The notes beneath the pieces are model-generated. The model worked only from the letters and a program-made list of their open reading frames with translations. It was not told the DNA's origin and ran no database searches. Of a stretch of 36,660 nucleotides of DNA, positions 34,573 through 36,660 are shown piece by piece; within the stretch, counting starts at the first letter, position 1; each line of letters begins with the position of its first letter. This DNA is from a virus (Duplodnaviria; Caudoviricetes), in the IMG/VR virus record IMGVR_UViG_3300020042_003420, positions 1-36,660 of that record. One strand, written 5' to 3'. The position numbers and the translations under genes were made by a program.

Positions 34573-35225
34573 GCTTGTCCCTTCGGTTTGTCGTCGTTCT
34601 TGATGGTCATCTTAAATCCAACGCGAGCAGCTTTGTGGTACACCACAATGCCTTCTGGATTCATGTATTCTAGTGAGGCTACGCTGCCCAAACACGCAAG
34701 TCGGTTTAATTCACTTCTTGCGGCAAGGGTGCTGAATAACCCATCATACAGTACAGGAACCACTTTGCAACAAGCAGGCGCGTGTTCTTGGAACACAGGC
34801 GGTGCTTTTGGATTATCGCTGGAGATAGAAGCTGTTGGCTTGTCATGCTCGACCCAACGGGTAGCGTTGAAAAGCGAGAAGAACCGCTCGCCGTTTTTGT
34901 AGCCGTAGCCGCGTTGGATGCCACTGCCCCACCACTCGCCAAAGTGGTGTCCTTCGCCTAATTCGAATAGCTCAGACGTATGGTCGTATACCCATCTAGC
35001 AAAACCAAAGTTGTCGTCTGCTAAGGTAATCCAACGGTTGCGGCTACCAACCCACATTCCCAAAGGAACATTTTCTGTGTACTGGATTCCAATGCACTGT
35101 GCATCTCCAGAAATGTAAGGGCCAATGTAAATGCTGGCATTAGTGCCGTCGATTTTTTCAGTAATAATGCACTCGCGTCGAAGGCGAGCCATTTTCGGGA
35201 ATGGTTTGAATTCTAGTGTGTTCAT
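34569..35225 (-). CDS. ATP-dependent RNA ligase, minimal Rnl2-like nucleotidyltransferase domain
   Basis: Motif I TEKIDGTN, Ia GSRNRW, III FGEWWG, IIIa FSLFN, IV PEGIVV, V FK. Confidence 0.88.
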   Translation of the reverse strand: MNTLEFKPFPKMARLRRECIITEKIDGTNASIYIGPYISGDAQCIGIQYTENVPLGMWVGSRNRWITLADDNFGFARWVYDHTSELFELGEGHHFGEWWGSGIQRGYGYKNGERFFSLFNATRWVEHDKPTASISSDNPKAPPVFQEHAPACCKVVPVLYDGLFSTLAARSELNRLACLGSVASLEYMNPEGIVVYHKAARVGFKMTIKNDDKPKGQA

Positions 35226-35236
35226 AGTTTTAGTGG

Positions 35237-35320
35237 GGTGACGGCCCGTTGACTTTCTGCAAATTTGGAATTCGCATGGAACCTTTACATTGTGGGACGG
35301 GCCAAGCCCACAACAGCACC
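35237..35320 (-). ncRNA. Pseudoknotted multi-stem RNA in the RNA ligase leader
   Basis: P1 GGUG/CACC; P2 UUGUGGG/CCCACAA; P3 UGCGAAUU/AAUUUGCA; P2 loop GGCCCGU complementary to downstream ACGGGCC. Confidence 0.65.
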
Positions 35321-35325
35321 AAGAG

Positions 35326-35400
35326 TGGTCAGCGAGCAGGATTCTCTACCTGCGTTTCCCAGTTTATCGGTCTGGGCGGATTCGATCATCCTATCGCTGA
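35326..35400 (-). tRNA. Non-canonical tRNA-like RNA (loop centred on GAU, Ile-like), ends in CCA
   Basis: UCAGCGA UA GGAU GAUCGA AUCC G CCCAG ACCGAUAAA CUGGG AAAC GCAGG UAGAGAAU CCUGC UCGCUGA CCA: four perfect stems but aberrant loops. Confidence 0.75.
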
Positions 35401-35405
35401 AGGTA

Positions 35406-35603
35406 TTATTGGTAGTAATCTTGGTATTTAAGTTCGCATTCTTCACAGATAACACCAAGGAAGAAGTGATTAACCATTTCAACTCCGCATTCACAAAAGT
35501 CAACATTTGAGTCTTGCTTTGGCTTTCTAAAGATACTTTCATAGTTTTTGCTATAAGTATCCATATCAACTGGTCTAGGTGAATCTCCTTTTCCTGCGCT
35601 CAT
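35406..35603 (-). CDS. Small phage protein with a C-terminal Zn ribbon
   Basis: GKGDSPRP....Y..NY..IF motif plus CEC...CEEC. Confidence 0.75.
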   Translation of the reverse strand: MSAGKGDSPRPVDMDTYSKNYESIFRKPKQDSNVDFCECGVEMVNHFFLGVICEECELKYQDYYQ

Positions 35604-35803
35604 TTTACAAGTTTATACTTTGCAAAAGTTTTGCCGTTAGCTTGTTGATTGATTGTTTGAATCATGTACCCCATTTCGCGTAGGTCATGGATTCTAGCAC
35701 TCAATCGAAAGCATCCCCATTTATTCAAGGCTTGAATCGGAGTAATTGCATAACCTCGATTTAACCATGATTCCAGCTTTTCAATAATTGACTTCGCCTT
35801 CAT
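35600..35803 (-). CDS. Winged HTH protein
   Basis: ITPIQALNKWGCFRLSARIHDLREMGY.I.T; start at 35803. Confidence 0.8.
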   Translation of the reverse strand: MKAKSIIEKLESWLNRGYAITPIQALNKWGCFRLSARIHDLREMGYMIQTINQQANGKTFAKYKLVK

Positions 35804-35984
35804 ATTCTTCTGATTCGATTTCAAAATTAAACTTGTTATGCAGTTCTGACCAAATTGCCCGATCAATTTCTTGACTGACAACTTCATCAGTTGGATCGTC
35901 AGAGTGCTTCTTGGATTTCCTTAATCCATAAAGAATTCCTGTTTCAATGCAGTCACTTAATATGTTGTATGTCTTAGGTTTCAT
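35781..35984 (-). CDS. Hypothetical protein (MKPKTYNILSDCIETG...)
   Basis: ORF in operon; start at 35984. Confidence 0.7.
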   Translation of the reverse strand: MKPKTYNILSDCIETGILYGLRKSKKHSDDPTDEVVSQEIDRAIWSELHNKFNFEIESEEYEGEVNY

Positions 35985-36234
35985 TATTGTTTTCTGGTTG
36001 CGAGAGAAGATTGACTTCAATTTCCCTCATTTCAAGCACAATTTTCATGTATTTTTGTGCAGTCTTTTTGTCTGAGATAGTTTCTAGCTTCTTTTCAAGA
36101 CATTTTGGGCATTCATGTCCTCCTCTAGCTTGTTCTTGACAAGACTCATTCCAGCATTTCGAGAAGGTTGATGGCCATCTTGGGAATTGCCTGTGAATAA
36201 GTGAGAATAACTGCTCTTTTCCGTATGGGGTCAT
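35974..36234 (-). CDS. Cys-rich hypothetical protein
   Basis: C....C....RGG..CPKC; coupled to the RuvC stop. Confidence 0.65.
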   Translation of the reverse strand: MTPYGKEQLFSLIHRQFPRWPSTFSKCWNESCQEQARGGHECPKCLEKKLETISDKKTAQKYMKIVLEMREIEVNLLSQPENNNET

Positions 36235-36660
36235 TTCTGCCTCCTTCCGTATTCAGCGATTAAGAGAGAATCTGCTATTGCATGGGTCATCTTAATGCTT
36301 GGGAACATCTCTTGAGCCTTTGCCTTAGTGATGCCCTTGTCGCCCTTCGTGAGGCATCCTAGAGCCTTCTGCCATACTTGTGGCCTAATCCTCTCAAAAG
36401 GTATGCTGCAAGCCGTCAGAGCCATTTCCAAATGACCAAAGCCATTGCCAAAAGTAAAAGCACTTTTAACGCCCATCTGGGGCGATGAATGCACTTGCTC
36501 GAGATAAGCTCGGCGATCTCCAGTATGAGACAGATTGAGAGAATCAAAATGTTCAAACAAGTCCTGCAAAGTCTCCGGCATTTTGTCAGCATAGGCGTGT
36601 CCTAGTTCGTCGATTACGGCAATTCCGCCATTTTTTCCAGGGTCAATTCCGATCGTGATC
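36231..36660 (-). CDS. RuvC-like Holliday junction resolvase (start codon at 121-119 across the junction)
   Basis: IGIDPG, YLEQV, SAFTFG..FG, P..WQK and ADSLLIAEYG motifs. Confidence 0.9.
   Translation of the reverse strand, partial: ITIGIDPGKNGGIAVIDELGHAYADKMPETLQDLFEHFDSLNLSHTGDRRAYLEQVHSSPQMGVKSAFTFGNGFGHLEMALTACSIPFERIRPQVWQKALGCLTKGDKGITKAKAQEMFPSIKMTHAIADSLLIAEYGRRQK
36542..36660. repeat. Terminal direct repeat, copy 2
   Basis: Identical to 1-119. Confidence 0.97.

Noticed and set aside
35237-35325. Theta/HDV-like or pistol ribozyme after the tRNA-like RNA
   Set aside because: No P1/P2 nested double-pseudoknot threading and no pistol strand order or GU cleavage junction; kept as an unassigned structure.
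35249-35569. ORFs 35249-35431, 35265-35510 and 35285-35569
   Set aside because: They overlap the tRNA-like and pseudoknot RNAs and the better-supported 35406-35603 gene.
1-36660. Stop-codon reassignment
   Set aside because: Core genes are full length and densely packed under the standard bacterial code, and there is no suppressor tRNA.

Overview
The window is a complete, circularly assembled tailed-phage genome of about 36,541 bp. Bases 1-119 repeat exactly at 36542-36660, and a RuvC-like gene reads through the join. It has two divergent arms around an ~800-bp non-coding control region (5840-6640). The minus-strand early/middle arm runs 5792->1, then 36660->31041. It carries many small ORFs, DnaA-C-like proteins, an ERF recombinase, a RecE/DUF3799-like exonuclease, an SSB-like protein, RuvC, a minimal Rnl2-type RNA ligase and a DnaC-like ATPase. 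The plus-strand late arm (6642->31018) carries a DNA methyltransferase, podovirus-type tail and ejection proteins, TerS/TerL, portal, scaffold, major capsid, tail/spike proteins, holins, an M15 endolysin and a metallophosphoesterase. I recognised no integrase, repressor, DNA polymerase, primase or helicase. The most striking content is non-coding RNA on the early strand: a complete type II hammerhead ribozyme after the first early gene (5511-5560); a non-canonical tRNA-like cloverleaf (35326-35400) followed by a pseudoknotted RNA (35237-35320) in the leader of the RNA ligase gene; and a second copy of that element's hairpin loop with compensatory stem changes (677-699). Promoters are canonical sigma70, but genes lack Shine-Dalgarno sequences. 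Several accessory genes are bracketed by short direct repeats. All protein calls come from motif recognition and gene order, not database searches.
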